From NCBI GenBank assembly GCA_963847185.1, contig CAWJYV010000007.1, positions 704,001-768,000 of the forward strand: a stretch of 64,000 bases of DNA, given 5' to 3'. The translations under genes and the position numbers were made by a program. The notes below the pieces were generated by a model, which was not told where the DNA came from, did not search any database, and saw nothing but the letters and a program-made list of their open reading frames with translations. Source of the DNA: an uncultured Methanosarcinaceae archaeon. Lineage in GTDB: Archaea; Halobacteriota; Methanosarcinia; Methanosarcinales; Methanosarcinaceae. How positions within the stretch are numbered: position 1 is the stretch's first letter; the number at the start of each line of letters is the position of its first letter. Shown piece by piece: positions 20,971-35,369 of this stretch.

Positions 20971-20972
20971 GC

Positions 20973-21896
20973 ATGGAGTTAAGTTCAAAATTAAATGAAA
21001 ATGATCATAACTTTGTTCAGGTGCAGGGTGGACTTAAAATGGGATTGAATGCAAGAACAAGTGAAAAGATCGCCTTTGCACTGCTCCGACTTTCGGCAAT
21101 GGCAGTAGCTGGATTTGTAGTAGTCATCCTTGCTTATATTGTTTACAATGGGTACAGTGCAATAAGTATTGAGTTTCTTACTGAAATGCCCCGCATGATG
21201 ATGACTAAAGGAGGAATTTATCCTGCGATTGTAGGTACCATTCTTCTTATTATGGGCTCAATGGCTGTAGCTCTTCCTATGGGGACTATGGCTGCCATTT
21301 ACCTGAATGAATACGCGGGAGAAACCCGTACGACCTGGTTTATAGAAATGGCAATCAACAACCTTGCAGGAACCCCGTCTGTAGTTTTCGGGCTCTTCGG
21401 ACTGGCGCTGTTTGTTAAATATTTTGGTTTTGGTTCTTCTTTGCTCTCTTCCTCTCTTACTCTTTCTCTTCTGATCATTCCTGTAATTATCCGTTCTACT
21501 CAGGAGGCTCTGATTGCAGTCCCGAATGAGTATCGTGATTCCTCTCTTGCTCTCGGGGTTAGCAAATGGCAGACTATAAGGCATGTGGTGCTTCCTGCAG
21601 CTATCCCTGGAATTGTTACAGGCTCTATTCTGAGTATTGGGAGGGTTGCAGGAGAAACAGCTCCTATTCTCCTCACAGGTGTCGCTTATTTTCTGCCGAG
21701 GCTGCCGGACTCAATTCATTCTCAGTTCATGGCCCTTCCATATCATCTCTTTGTGCTTGCTACCTCCGGAACGAACATTGTCAAAACCAGGCCCCTTCAG
21801 TACGGAACGGCTCTTGTTCTTTTGATGATTGTGCTGGGTTTAAATCTTATAGCGGTTCTTATCCGAAGGCACTACAGGCAAAAATTGAAAATTTGA
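20973..21896 (+). CDS. pstA: Phosphate ABC transporter permease
   Basis: GGIYPAIVGT, LAGTPSVVFG, GRVAGETAP. Confidence 0.95.
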   Translation: MELSSKLNENDHNFVQVQGGLKMGLNARTSEKIAFALLRLSAMAVAGFVVVILAYIVYNGYSAISIEFLTEMPRMMMTKGGIYPAIVGTILLIMGSMAVALPMGTMAAIYLNEYAGETRTTWFIEMAINNLAGTPSVVFGLFGLALFVKYFGFGSSLLSSSLTLSLLIIPVIIRSTQEALIAVPNEYRDSSLALGVSKWQTIRHVVLPAAIPGIVTGSILSIGRVAGETAPILLTGVAYFLPRLPDSIHSQFMALPYHLFVLATSGTNIVKTRPLQYGTALVLLMIVLGLNLIAVLIRRHYRQKLKI

Positions 21897-21971
21897 TTAA
21901 ATTCTTATAAATAAAGGATCAAGTTTAGATTCTCAAAAATGTCATGCTTATATGTAAATTGAGGTCGATAA

Positions 21972-22748
21972 ATGACTGAAGTTGTTCAAAACGTAGCTCA
22001 GCCTCATATAATTGTAGAAAATCTTAATCTGTGGTATGGGGAAAAGCAGGCCCTTAGAAATATATCTATGCGTGTCCCCAAAAACAGCGTAACTGCTCTT
22101 ATAGGGCCTTCAGGCTGTGGTAAGTCTACTTTTATCCGCTGCTTAAACCGGATGAACGATCTTGTTAAAAACTGCAGGATCGAAGGTAAAGTTTTAATTG
22201 AAGACCAGAACATCTACGGAGCAGATGTGGATGTTGTTGAGCTCCGGAAACAGGTGGGTATGGTTTTTCAGAAGCCTAATCCTTTTCCTATGTCCATACA
22301 TGACAATATTGCATATGGGCCGCGTATCCATGGAGTAAATAAGAAGGATCTTGATGGGATTGTTGAGAATGCTCTTCATTCGGCTGCTCTCTGGGAAGAA
22401 ACATCAGACAGGCTCAAGTCTTCTGCTCTTTCTCTAAGTGGTGGACAGCAGCAAAGGCTTTGTATTGCCAGGACTCTGGCAGTAAAGCCAAAAGTTATTC
22501 TTTTCGATGAGCCCACGAGCGCTCTTGATCCAATTTCCACTTCAAGGATTGAAGATCTTATAATGAACCTTAAAAAAGATTATACAATAGTAATTGTAAC
22601 TCATAATATGCAACAGGCAGCAAGGATTTCGGACTACACGGGATTTTTCCTTATGGGAGAACTGATTGAGTTCGGTCAAACAAGACAGATTTTTCACAGT
22701 CCCAGGGAAAAGAGCACTGAAGATTATATTACTGGCAGGTTTGGGTGA
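21972..22748 (+). CDS. pstB: Phosphate ABC transporter ATPase
   Basis: [40 protein letters not shown]. Confidence 0.97.
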   Translation: MTEVVQNVAQPHIIVENLNLWYGEKQALRNISMRVPKNSVTALIGPSGCGKSTFIRCLNRMNDLVKNCRIEGKVLIEDQNIYGADVDVVELRKQVGMVFQKPNPFPMSIHDNIAYGPRIHGVNKKDLDGIVENALHSAALWEETSDRLKSSALSLSGGQQQRLCIARTLAVKPKVILFDEPTSALDPISTSRIEDLIMNLKKDYTIVIVTHNMQQAARISDYTGFFLMGELIEFGQTRQIFHSPREKSTEDYITGRFG

Positions 22749-22753
22749 TTAAA

Positions 22754-23404
22754 ATGGTTAGAGAACGATACTTTGAGCAGCTGGATCTGCTTAAAAAGTC
22801 CTTGCTCTCTCTGGGAGAAATGTCTGAGCTGGTTTTTCGCGATTCCATGGAGGCGGTTATAGATCTCAATATCGAGCTTGCCAATAAGACTCTTGCCCTT
22901 GAGCCCAAAGCGGATAAGCTTGAGGAAGAAATTGAGGCCTCTATCTTTGACCTGCTTGCGCTTCAGCAGCCTATGGCAAGTGATCTCAGGCTTGTCGTGT
23001 CCACACTTAAGATTGCAGCAGACCTTAAAAGAATTGTAGGTCTCTCAATGAATATTGCCAAAATCCCTAGTAAAATCGAAGGTGGGCATATAAAGCCGCT
23101 TATAGATACGAGAAAAATGGCAGATATTGCGGCATATATGCTTGAAAACTCCCTAAAAGCCTTCGAAACTCAGGATCATGAACTTGCAAAGGCAACAGCA
23201 GCAAGGGATGACGAGGTTGACAAACTTTTTTACGCGGTTTGGGTTGAGTTAATAGAAATGATGGCAAAAGATACCAGCATTGTTTCCAAAGCGACGTATC
23301 TACTCTTCTTGGTCCGTTATATTGAAAGAATTTCCGATCACTGCTGTGTTATCTGTGAGAGCGTAGTATACCTGAAGACAGCTGAGAGGGTTAAGCTAAA
23401 CTGA
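22754..23404 (+). CDS. phoU: Phosphate transport accessory protein PhoU
   Basis: QQPMASDLR, RDDEVD, YIERISDH; directly follows pstB. Confidence 0.93.
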   Translation: MVRERYFEQLDLLKKSLLSLGEMSELVFRDSMEAVIDLNIELANKTLALEPKADKLEEEIEASIFDLLALQQPMASDLRLVVSTLKIAADLKRIVGLSMNIAKIPSKIEGGHIKPLIDTRKMADIAAYMLENSLKAFETQDHELAKATAARDDEVDKLFYAVWVELIEMMAKDTSIVSKATYLLFLVRYIERISDHCCVICESVVYLKTAERVKLN

Positions 23405-23656
23405 AACGACTTTTCGTCTTTCCTTTTTAGTTTTCCTTCCTTTCTTTTATTTTTATTTCTGTCCTTTTTTGCTTTTTCGTCTTTGTTTTTTGTTTTATAT
23501 TTTTTGTTTCTTGTTTTCTATCTTATTTTTGCTTTTTACTTTTTCTTTTTTGCTCTTTTTAGTCCGAGTTTTTCTTTTTTCGTCTCAATTCTCCACTATT
23601 CTCTATTTCTCTTTAATGTACATATTTTAAGTATACTTATAAGCATATAGACGCCC

Positions 23657-25042
23657 ATGCCTGATATTCTTATCAAAAATACAAGGATCTATTACAATAA
23701 CTCTCTTCAGCCTGCCGAAATCATTATTGAAGGCGGTAAAGTAACAAAAATCGCAAAAGATCTAAGAGTCTCAAGTTCGGATCTTATTATCGATGCCGGG
23801 GGTTCTCTCACCCTGCCTGCAGGAATTGATGTGCATGTCCATTTCAGGGAACCTGGTATGACTGCAAAAGAAAACTGGTATACAGGTTCCTGTGCGGCAG
23901 CTGCCGGAGGAGTTACAACTGTTATTGACCAGCCCAATACGATTCCTCCCACAACTGATAGGCGTTCTTTTGAACAGAAACTTAAGCTTGCCAGGAAGAA
24001 GTCTATTGTTGATTTCGGGATTAATGGTGGAGTAACCGGAAATATGGAGAAGCTAAAAGAACTCTGGAATCTGGGGGTTACAGCCTTTGGGGAGATTTTC
24101 ATGGCTGAATCCACGGGAGGGTTAAATATAAATGAGGAAACCTTTGAGGAGGCTCTTGTTGAGATTAAACGCCTCGATGCCCTTGCAACCATCCATGCAG
24201 AAGACGAAAAGATGCGCCTTGAGCTGGAAGGGCTGTTAAAAGGGGATGTTTCTCCGGACTACCATTCCAGGGTGCGTCCCAATGCATGTGAAGCTGCTGC
24301 TGTTCAAAAAGCTCTGGAACTTATTTCAAGACTTAAAGTCAGGGCACATTTCTGCCATCTGAGCACACTTGAAGCTGTAGGTATGATAAGAAAGGAAAAA
24401 TATCTTGCAAGGAAGGAAAATAAAACACCTCTTTTTACCAGTGAAGTTACTCCTCACCATCTTTTTCTTTCCACGCGGGATTGGGAACGGTTAAGATCTT
24501 TTGGAAAAATGAATCCGCCTCTCAGGGGAAATCATAGTATTAAAGCCCTTGTAAATGGGATTAATGATGGGACTATTGACATGGTGGCTTCGGATCATGC
24601 TCCTCATCTGGAATCTGAAAAAGATGTTGACCTAAGAGTTGCTCCTTCGGGAGTTCCCGGAGTTGAGACTCTAATGCCTCTCATGCTTGCCGCAGTCAGA
24701 AAAAACATTTTGCCTCTTTCACAGATGATTATGCTTACAAGCTGGAATCCTGCAAGGGCTTTCGGGCTGGATGCTCAGGGCAAGGGAAGGCTTGAAGTAG
24801 GGTTTGATGCCGACCTCATAATTGTAGATCCCCGTGCCATTCAACCAATTAAGGCTGAGATGCTGCACAGTAAAGCTGGATGGACCCCTTTTGAAGACAT
24901 GGATGCGGTCTTTCCACAGTATACTTTGTCCAGGGGTGAGGTTATATGGGCTGAAGAGTTCATTAATGCAAAGGCTGGAAGGGGCAAGTTTCTGGAAGGT
25001 AAAGGTAAAGGTTCAGGAGAAAATTTCGAAGAGACCGAGTAA
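23657..25042 (+). CDS. pyrC: Dihydroorotase
   Basis: IDVHVHFREPG, AAAAGGVTT, KMNPPLR, ASDHAPH, TPF. Confidence 0.92.
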   Translation: MPDILIKNTRIYYNNSLQPAEIIIEGGKVTKIAKDLRVSSSDLIIDAGGSLTLPAGIDVHVHFREPGMTAKENWYTGSCAAAAGGVTTVIDQPNTIPPTTDRRSFEQKLKLARKKSIVDFGINGGVTGNMEKLKELWNLGVTAFGEIFMAESTGGLNINEETFEEALVEIKRLDALATIHAEDEKMRLELEGLLKGDVSPDYHSRVRPNACEAAAVQKALELISRLKVRAHFCHLSTLEAVGMIRKEKYLARKENKTPLFTSEVTPHHLFLSTRDWERLRSFGKMNPPLRGNHSIKALVNGINDGTIDMVASDHAPHLESEKDVDLRVAPSGVPGVETLMPLMLAAVRKNILPLSQMIMLTSWNPARAFGLDAQGKGRLEVGFDADLIIVDPRAIQPIKAEMLHSKAGWTPFEDMDAVFPQYTLSRGEVIWAEEFINAKAGRGKFLEGKGKGSGENFEETE

Positions 25043-25215
25043 AACCTGTGCTATAACGACTTTGGATAGGTTGATCTGAACCTGAGTTGTGTGTCAAAAA
25101 AGTTTAAAGTAAACATTGATCTTAACCCGAAATTGTATTTAAGGAAAAAAATGCATGGAATAAAGTCCAGTTTCTTGGAAAAGCAGATACTTTTCCAGAT
25201 GCTGGTTTTTCCTAT

Positions 25216-25764
25216 TCAGTAAAAATCAATCGAGTCCAGCTGGGACTGCAAAAGTTCCTGATGTTTCTTTTCAAGGAATTTGTAGACTGCACCGTGGGTG
25301 GCTCCTTCAAGCAGCATTTTTATGGCAGTCCTTACTACGTTATTTTGTTCAGGATACCCAAGTATGGATACGGTTTTCCCATATACTGAAATCTTGACAT
25401 TAATCAAGGTCTCTGTGAGCTCTCTAGTTCTCCCATTTCTTCCGATAATCCGGCCTTTTACGCGCTGAAGTTCTTTTGGAGTAGTAGCGACGTCAGAAAG
25501 GTCAATGACTTCAAGAGCAAGCATCTCGTCATCAAGGAGCTCAAATGCTTTTTCAGGACTGAAACCTCTTCCTATGGCTTTGAGAGTTTCAAGAATCCTA
25601 AATTCCATTAGCGGGTCTTCCTCGCAGGTGACATCTATTTTTCCACTTTCACTGTCAATATCCAGTTGACACGCGGATTTATCCTCAATAAATTTCTTTG
25701 TTTCTCCTTTCGGGCCTATAATTACTCCGATTCTATCTTTGGGAATTTTGACATATTGAGTCAT
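25216..25764 (-). CDS. Dim2/Pno1-like tandem KH protein (SSU biogenesis)
   Basis: IGVIIGPKGET, AIGRGFS, GRIIGRNGRT, GATHGAVY. Confidence 0.92.
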   Translation of the reverse strand: MTQYVKIPKDRIGVIIGPKGETKKFIEDKSACQLDIDSESGKIDVTCEEDPLMEFRILETLKAIGRGFSPEKAFELLDDEMLALEVIDLSDVATTPKELQRVKGRIIGRNGRTRELTETLINVKISVYGKTVSILGYPEQNNVVRTAIKMLLEGATHGAVYKFLEKKHQELLQSQLDSIDFY

Positions 25765-26543
25765 TGTTGTTCCGCCTGTATTTTTGTAAGCAGTTCTTCA
25801 GGTTTGTCTTTGATCCCGTAGCGGCTGAAGAACCTGAGTATATTTCGTACGTCCCTGTAGAGGAACTCTCGGGCGTTAGGATGTTCCAGTGTTACGGATT
25901 GCCCCATATCGATGAATATGGGGGCTATATCGTGTGGATCGATCAGGATGTTATATTCGCTCAGATCAGCATGTACAAGGTTTGCTTCTTTGTAAAGGAG
26001 GCTCATGTATTTGACAATTGTGTCAAAAACAGATTTTACTTCTTCCCCTTCAAGAGGTGTGTTCTTCAGAAGAGGGTAAGGTACCTCTTTTTCTCCCATA
26101 AATTCCATGATCAAGATATTTTTTTCGGCAAGCAATGGCTCCGGAACCCGAACTCCTGCACTTTTTGCACGTTTAAGGTTCTGGAATTCCTTGCGTGTCC
26201 ATGCAAAAATTATGTCTCGCTTGTTATTTCGGATATTTGTGAAGCGAGGATCCTTCATAATGTAGGCATCCATAGCCTTGAAAGTGCTGCTAGAAATTCG
26301 GTATATTTTCACTGCCAGCTCTTTTTCCGGGCCCTCTGCATGAAATACATTCGCTTCTTTTCCAGTACTGATGGATCCACCCATTGCTTTTATTATGCCT
26401 TTATTGGAGAGAGTATAAAGTATTTTAAGGGTGGGTACATCGAATACATTTTCTTCTACCTTTAACCTCTCGGAGTCTTTCTCCCTGGCACGCGCTTTGT
26501 CTTTAGCGCTGTCGATGCGCCTGATTTTTTCTTCGTTGTCCAT
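25761..26543 (-). CDS. rio1: RIO1 atypical kinase/ATPase
   Basis: ISTGKEANVF, AVKIY, DPRF, LVHADLSEYN, IDMGQSV. Confidence 0.95.
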   Translation of the reverse strand: MDNEEKIRRIDSAKDKARAREKDSERLKVEENVFDVPTLKILYTLSNKGIIKAMGGSISTGKEANVFHAEGPEKELAVKIYRISSSTFKAMDAYIMKDPRFTNIRNNKRDIIFAWTRKEFQNLKRAKSAGVRVPEPLLAEKNILIMEFMGEKEVPYPLLKNTPLEGEEVKSVFDTIVKYMSLLYKEANLVHADLSEYNILIDPHDIAPIFIDMGQSVTLEHPNAREFLYRDVRNILRFFSRYGIKDKPEELLTKIQAEQQ

Positions 26544-26550
26544 TCCTACT

Positions 26551-26880
26551 TTATCCTTTCAGATATCCTTTCCTTTCAAGCCAGTCTATTTGCGGCCTTG
26601 TATACTTCCAGATCACATCTGCTTTTTCATTCTGGAATTCCCAGGGCACGACAATGACTACATCTCCTTCTCTAATCCATGTCTTTTTCTTCATTGAACC
26701 GGGGATTCTTCCCATACGAACGACTCCATCAATGCAACGTAGCCTCAAGCGGTTTGCGCCAAGAAGGCTCTCTACAGTTGCCAGGATCTCGTTATTATCC
26801 CTTCGCGGTGTGCGTACTCTTGTGACTGTTTCTTCCGTGTCAGGTTTGGCTCTGGATGTAGGTTTCTTTAAGTCTGCCAG
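26551..26880 (-). CDS. eif1A: Translation initiation factor aIF-1A; probable CTG (or ATC 26886) start
   Basis: The frame extends upstream of the track's start: LADLKKPTS...RVRTPRR...[14 protein letters not shown]...RIPG...WIREGDVV; an in-frame TAA lies five codons above the CTG. Confidence 0.92.
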   Translation of the reverse strand: MADLKKPTSRAKPDTEETVTRVRTPRRDNNEILATVESLLGANRLRLRCIDGVVRMGRIPGSMKKKTWIREGDVVIVVPWEFQNEKADVIWKYTRPQIDWLERKGYLKG

Positions 26881-27101
26881 TGTGATTCCCCATTAATCTG
26901 GTTTGAATTATTATTGTGTTTTTTTATTTTTGTATCCTTAAATACCCTTATATAGATTTTTTCGGACTTTAAGGTTATTAGTTCTGCAGCTTTCATCTTG
27001 TTGTTGTTATTTTAATGCTGCGCTTTTCTGCTATCTTTTAATGTTCTTTTACGCACTTCTTATTGTTATTTTTTTCGAAGTAGTCATGTGGGCGACAGTT
27101 A

Positions 27102-27384
27102 TTTATATCAGATGTGTCTTTGTATGTCCTACGCGCAAAACAAGTGCGCGCCGCTCTCGAATTCTAAGTTCAAGGGTGGAATTCAGGATTAAAATGAAAC
27201 AAATTTTTCTTATCTGTCAAGTTTGTTTTTTTGAAATGTTTCCTGGATGAAAAGCTTTATATACTAAAACTGATGTATATATGTTTCCCGTTCCAGCGTG
27301 AAATTAAGTCTGCTGAATGGTTTTCTTATAGTTATCTGGTTGATAATTCTCCTTTATTTAAGTGAGGATGGATGCCTTTAAATA
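27102..27384 (+). promoter_or_regulatory. Three candidate tandem rrn TATA boxes
   Basis: TTTATAT 27102, TTTATATA 27256 and TTTAAATA 27377 upstream of 16S. Confidence 0.55.
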
Positions 27385-27614
27385 CTATGAGAGCGTATAT
27401 ATAACTTCCTGCATCTTAAATGCAGCAAATACTACTCATTAAAATGGAGTCAGGAGTTGTTTCCTGACTGACGAGGATTTTGTCGGTTCGGTTAATTCTG
27501 GTTGGTAGTTGTTTTTCATAAAACATCTATCGCGAACTTGAATAACTGAATTGATGTTGTTAGTGCAAGTTTCTGCGACCAAGACCTTTAATTTTAAGTG
27601 TGCGATACTTAACA

Positions 27615-29089
<1,475 letters not shown>

Positions 29090-29313
29090 AAGCACAAAAC
29101 ACACCAACCAGATGCCGATAAACCGAACAAAATCCTCAAACCATTAACTACTCGATCATAATCTAATGATCAATTTTTAACTCATTTAATGCACCCGGTA
29201 AGTAAATTATCGGGGAAGGACGGATCGCCTGTGCGGAACCGCAGGCTCATGAAGTCATGTATAGGTGCTGTATACTGGACGCTAACTGGACCTGGTTAGG
29301 ATATACAGGAATT

Positions 29314-32208
<2,895 letters not shown>

Positions 32209-32288
32209 TCAGGTCCAGGCGAAATCCGGTATGCAGCACATATCCTATACATGACTTTTAGTCTTTCACAAAATCCTCTTTATATGTT

Positions 32289-32415
32289 GAGTGTGGCGGC
32301 CATAGCGACAGGGCAACTCCTGTACCCATTCCGAACACAGCAGATAAGCCTGTCCACGTTCCTTACTGTACTGAAGTACGCGAGTCTTCGGGAACTCTGG
32401 ATCGCTGCCATACTC
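32289..32415 (+). rRNA. rrf: 5S rRNA
   Basis: GAGTGTGGCGGCCATAGC...CCCATTCCGAACAC...GCTGCCATACTC with complementary ends. Confidence 0.95.
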
Positions 32416-32995
32416 ACCTATAATACTTTATTCTAAACTTATTCTGAAAATATTATTGGATTACTTTTTGATTGTTTTGTTGGTTAATTACTATTCTCAG
32501 AAATTTTTATCTGGCTTCCTCTATTATTTTCTATTCCTCTATTATTTTCTATTATTTTTCCTTTTGAGCCCAATCTTTTTATTATCCAATATTTAAATAG
32601 CAAAAAATGAAATTAAGGACTAAAGTACAAAATATGTGTCACTTTTTTGATTATTCTCTCTTCTTTCTTTCCCTTTCTATTGCAGTTCTCAAAAGCAGTT
32701 CTCCAAAAATAGAAGATTTTTTACGATCCCCAGGTTATTTAAAAATGTGAAATGATTGATGTCGTAAATTATCATCCTTTCAAGCGAAAAAAGAAGGAAA
32801 GGTTACTTCCTCCTGCACAAGTGGGGAAGCAAAAAAGGACTCTAATACTCTAAATCCACGCCATAAATTAGTCTCATTGAGTGAAGCGCAGCATGGCGAA
32901 ATAGACACCGTGCTGTTACGATCACATCTCAACTCCCGGAAAATCTCCAATTTCCTGTGATCCCGACGCGGAACTCGGGCGGGAAAGAAAGGGAA

Positions 32996-33358
32996 TCAGG
33001 CAGAAGAAAGTGCCACAATGGCTTCTGCCAGATCTCCGTTTGAGTTCTTAAGAGCTTTTCGGGCTTCGTCTTCAGAAACACCTGTCTGCTCCATTACAAG
33101 TTTTATATCTTCAGCGGGAATTTCCAGTTCTTTGGGGACTTCTTTTACGTCACCTACTATCTGGTATGTTTCCGAACCCTGAACTTTCATGATAGTAACA
33201 CTTGCATTCTCTATGATGATATTAGAGTCTGCAGTCTTTATGATTACTTCTTGAATATCTTTAAGTTCTTTAACGTCAATTCCCATCTGCTTCATCATTT
33301 GTTTCATTTTAGCCGGGTTCATTCCCCGACCGCCCACGCCTCCCATTCCTGGAAACAT
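32996..33358 (-). CDS. nac: Nascent polypeptide-associated complex protein
   Basis: MKQMMKQMGI NAC domain plus UBA (EDIKLVMEQTGVS...GDLAEAI). Confidence 0.95.
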   Translation of the reverse strand: MFPGMGGVGGRGMNPAKMKQMMKQMGIDVKELKDIQEVIIKTADSNIIIENASVTIMKVQGSETYQIVGDVKEVPKELEIPAEDIKLVMEQTGVSEDEARKALKNSNGDLAEAIVALSSA

Positions 33359-33439
33359 GAATTCTCTTCTCCTTTGTTTTCAATTTTAGTTTGCTTCTTC
33401 AGGTCGGGTTTTTCATACCCTAAGCGCGGTTTTACTTGT

Positions 33440-33757
33440 TTAATGGCATCCGCCACATGGGCCGCATCCACCTGCTGATGGGTTGCGGATCATGAATCCT
33501 TTTCCATTTTCATCTTCAATGAAGTCGATGCTACCCTCTGAAAAGCTTCTTTCAATGTCTTTTGTCATGACGAGTTTGATACCGTTACTTTCCATAGTCA
33601 CGTCTTCTTCTTTTATCTCTTCATCAAAGGCAAGTCCGTACTGAATTCCGCTGCAGGCAACTCCTGCAACAAAGATCCTGAGAGCAAGATCAGGTTTACC
33701 TTCCTGTTCAATCAATGTTTTAAGCTCTGAAGCAGCTTTTTCTGTTACTTCTATCAT
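33440..33757 (-). CDS. HesB/IscA A-type Fe-S carrier
   Basis: MIEVTEKAA, ACSG.QY, NPS..GCGPCGGC. Confidence 0.9.
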   Translation of the reverse strand: MIEVTEKAASELKTLIEQEGKPDLALRIFVAGVACSGIQYGLAFDEEIKEEDVTMESNGIKLVMTKDIERSFSEGSIDFIEDENGKGFMIRNPSAGGCGPCGGCH

Positions 33758-34047
33758 TCATGCACCTCTTTTGATTTTAAAATTTTGATATCTATCTGCT
33801 TTAATTTTTGCAAGATGCCATCCGTTACAGCTTACAGATAATTTCCAAACATTATATATTCTTCCATCTGGCAGATATAACGTTTATGTAGTATTGGCGC
33901 TTTTTCCCTGAAAAATGCTTTTCAACAGGAATTCATGGGAGAGCAGGATCTGAATTCATTTTTCAAAAGAATTCTATTATTCTGCGAACTATAATTATAT
34001 CTTCTATTTTATATATTTTTCTTCTGATACATTTTCTGACTTCCTAC

Positions 34048-35199
34048 TCACACGAATTCTGCATCTTCATCAATAGGTTCTTCCAGAATCTTTGCGTTAT
34101 AAGCATTGATTTCCACAGAATTACGTTTTCCTTTAACTTCCCATACAGGAATATACACAAGCTCCATTTTGAGTTCAATTTCCTCGGGTTTCGGTTTGAT
34201 ACTCCTGTGTTCATATATAATTGCCTGTCCTTCCAGGTTGTTAAAGCGCATCTCACGTGTATTTTCCTGTATAATTAAATCAATAAGAAGCTTTTCTGCC
34301 AGTTTTTTATCTACATTAGGGCGCTTTAATTCGTATTCTACTGCCGGAATCCTTGTGGGTGTACCAAGACCTTCTACTTCTATTTCTTCCCTTGATTTAT
34401 TTAGTGCGTTGAGAAAACCCTTTCCTTCTGCTACAATGCTTAGAACTTTTGATCTAAACTTTTTTTCAGCCTCAACATTATACTTGTATTTCCAGAAAGG
34501 TACAAATTTCAAAATGACATCCTTGGGATTGCTGAGATAAGGTTTTGCAATGATAAGTACCTGGTCTTTAGAAATCTTTGGTTCTACTGACTGTATATTC
34601 AGCATTTCATAGGAATCGGATTCTGAAACCTCAGCCTGCTCCAGGTTATTTGAATCTCTCTTCATCTCATAGGTGCGTGGAAGATAGTTTGCTTCAAGTG
34701 AAATTACTTCTGCTACTAATGGTTGAGTCTGAAGCGATACGACTCCTCTGCTGAAATAAGAGTCCTGTACAACTTCTTCTTCTGCTTTCCGGCTTTCTAT
34801 ATACAGCTCCGAAGCTGGTTCTCCAAGTAGATTCAGTGTTTCATTTGTTTTCGATATTTCAGGCTCAGAATAACAGTTACTTTTCTGCTCCATATTTACG
34901 AGAACTGCTCTTCCTATTTGAAGGGCTAATTCATCTCTGTCCCATAAATAAATCCCTAGTTCAGTTGCATAGTCAATTATATTTCCAGAAGTTTTCTGGG
35001 TCATCACATAGATTCCTGTACAATCTCCTATCTTTTCAGAAAAGTCTTTTATTTCTTCATAATCTGGCTGCAGGGTACACCTGACATAAGCCTGATGCCC
35101 GTTTTTCTCAACAAGAATATCACACTGGCTGGATATTATGACGTTGTATCCGGATGATTTGAAGATATCAACAAGGATTTCTAAAAGGTCTTGCTTCAT
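34048..35199 (-). CDS. Hypothetical protein with N-terminal Mrr-like restriction-endonuclease fold
   Basis: IFKSSGYNV, DILVEK, GIYLWDRDEL resemble Mrr_cat; ATG 35199 chosen over the track's longer start. Confidence 0.6.
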   Translation of the reverse strand: MKQDLLEILVDIFKSSGYNVIISSQCDILVEKNGHQAYVRCTLQPDYEEIKDFSEKIGDCTGIYVMTQKTSGNIIDYATELGIYLWDRDELALQIGRAVLVNMEQKSNCYSEPEISKTNETLNLLGEPASELYIESRKAEEEVVQDSYFSRGVVSLQTQPLVAEVISLEANYLPRTYEMKRDSNNLEQAEVSESDSYEMLNIQSVEPKISKDQVLIIAKPYLSNPKDVILKFVPFWKYKYNVEAEKKFRSKVLSIVAEGKGFLNALNKSREEIEVEGLGTPTRIPAVEYELKRPNVDKKLAEKLLIDLIIQENTREMRFNNLEGQAIIYEHRSIKPKPEEIELKMELVYIPVWEVKGKRNSVEINAYNAKILEEPIDEDAEFV

Positions 35200-35369
35200 G
35201 AGTCTCACTTTCTTATATTCTGCACAACTAAAATAGTTTATGTTCACACTTAAAATATAATAATTTTGCAACTTATTATACTCAGGGATTTCTCGCAATG
35301 TTTTATGGCGTTTTTAACTCCTTTTTCCAAGCATACAACTATTTAAGAAATCAGTTCCAATCATGTTAT

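Noticed and set aside
23410-23600. Long T-rich tract (similar tract at 15720-15810)
   Set aside because: Ordinary Methanosarcina oligo-T terminator-type DNA.
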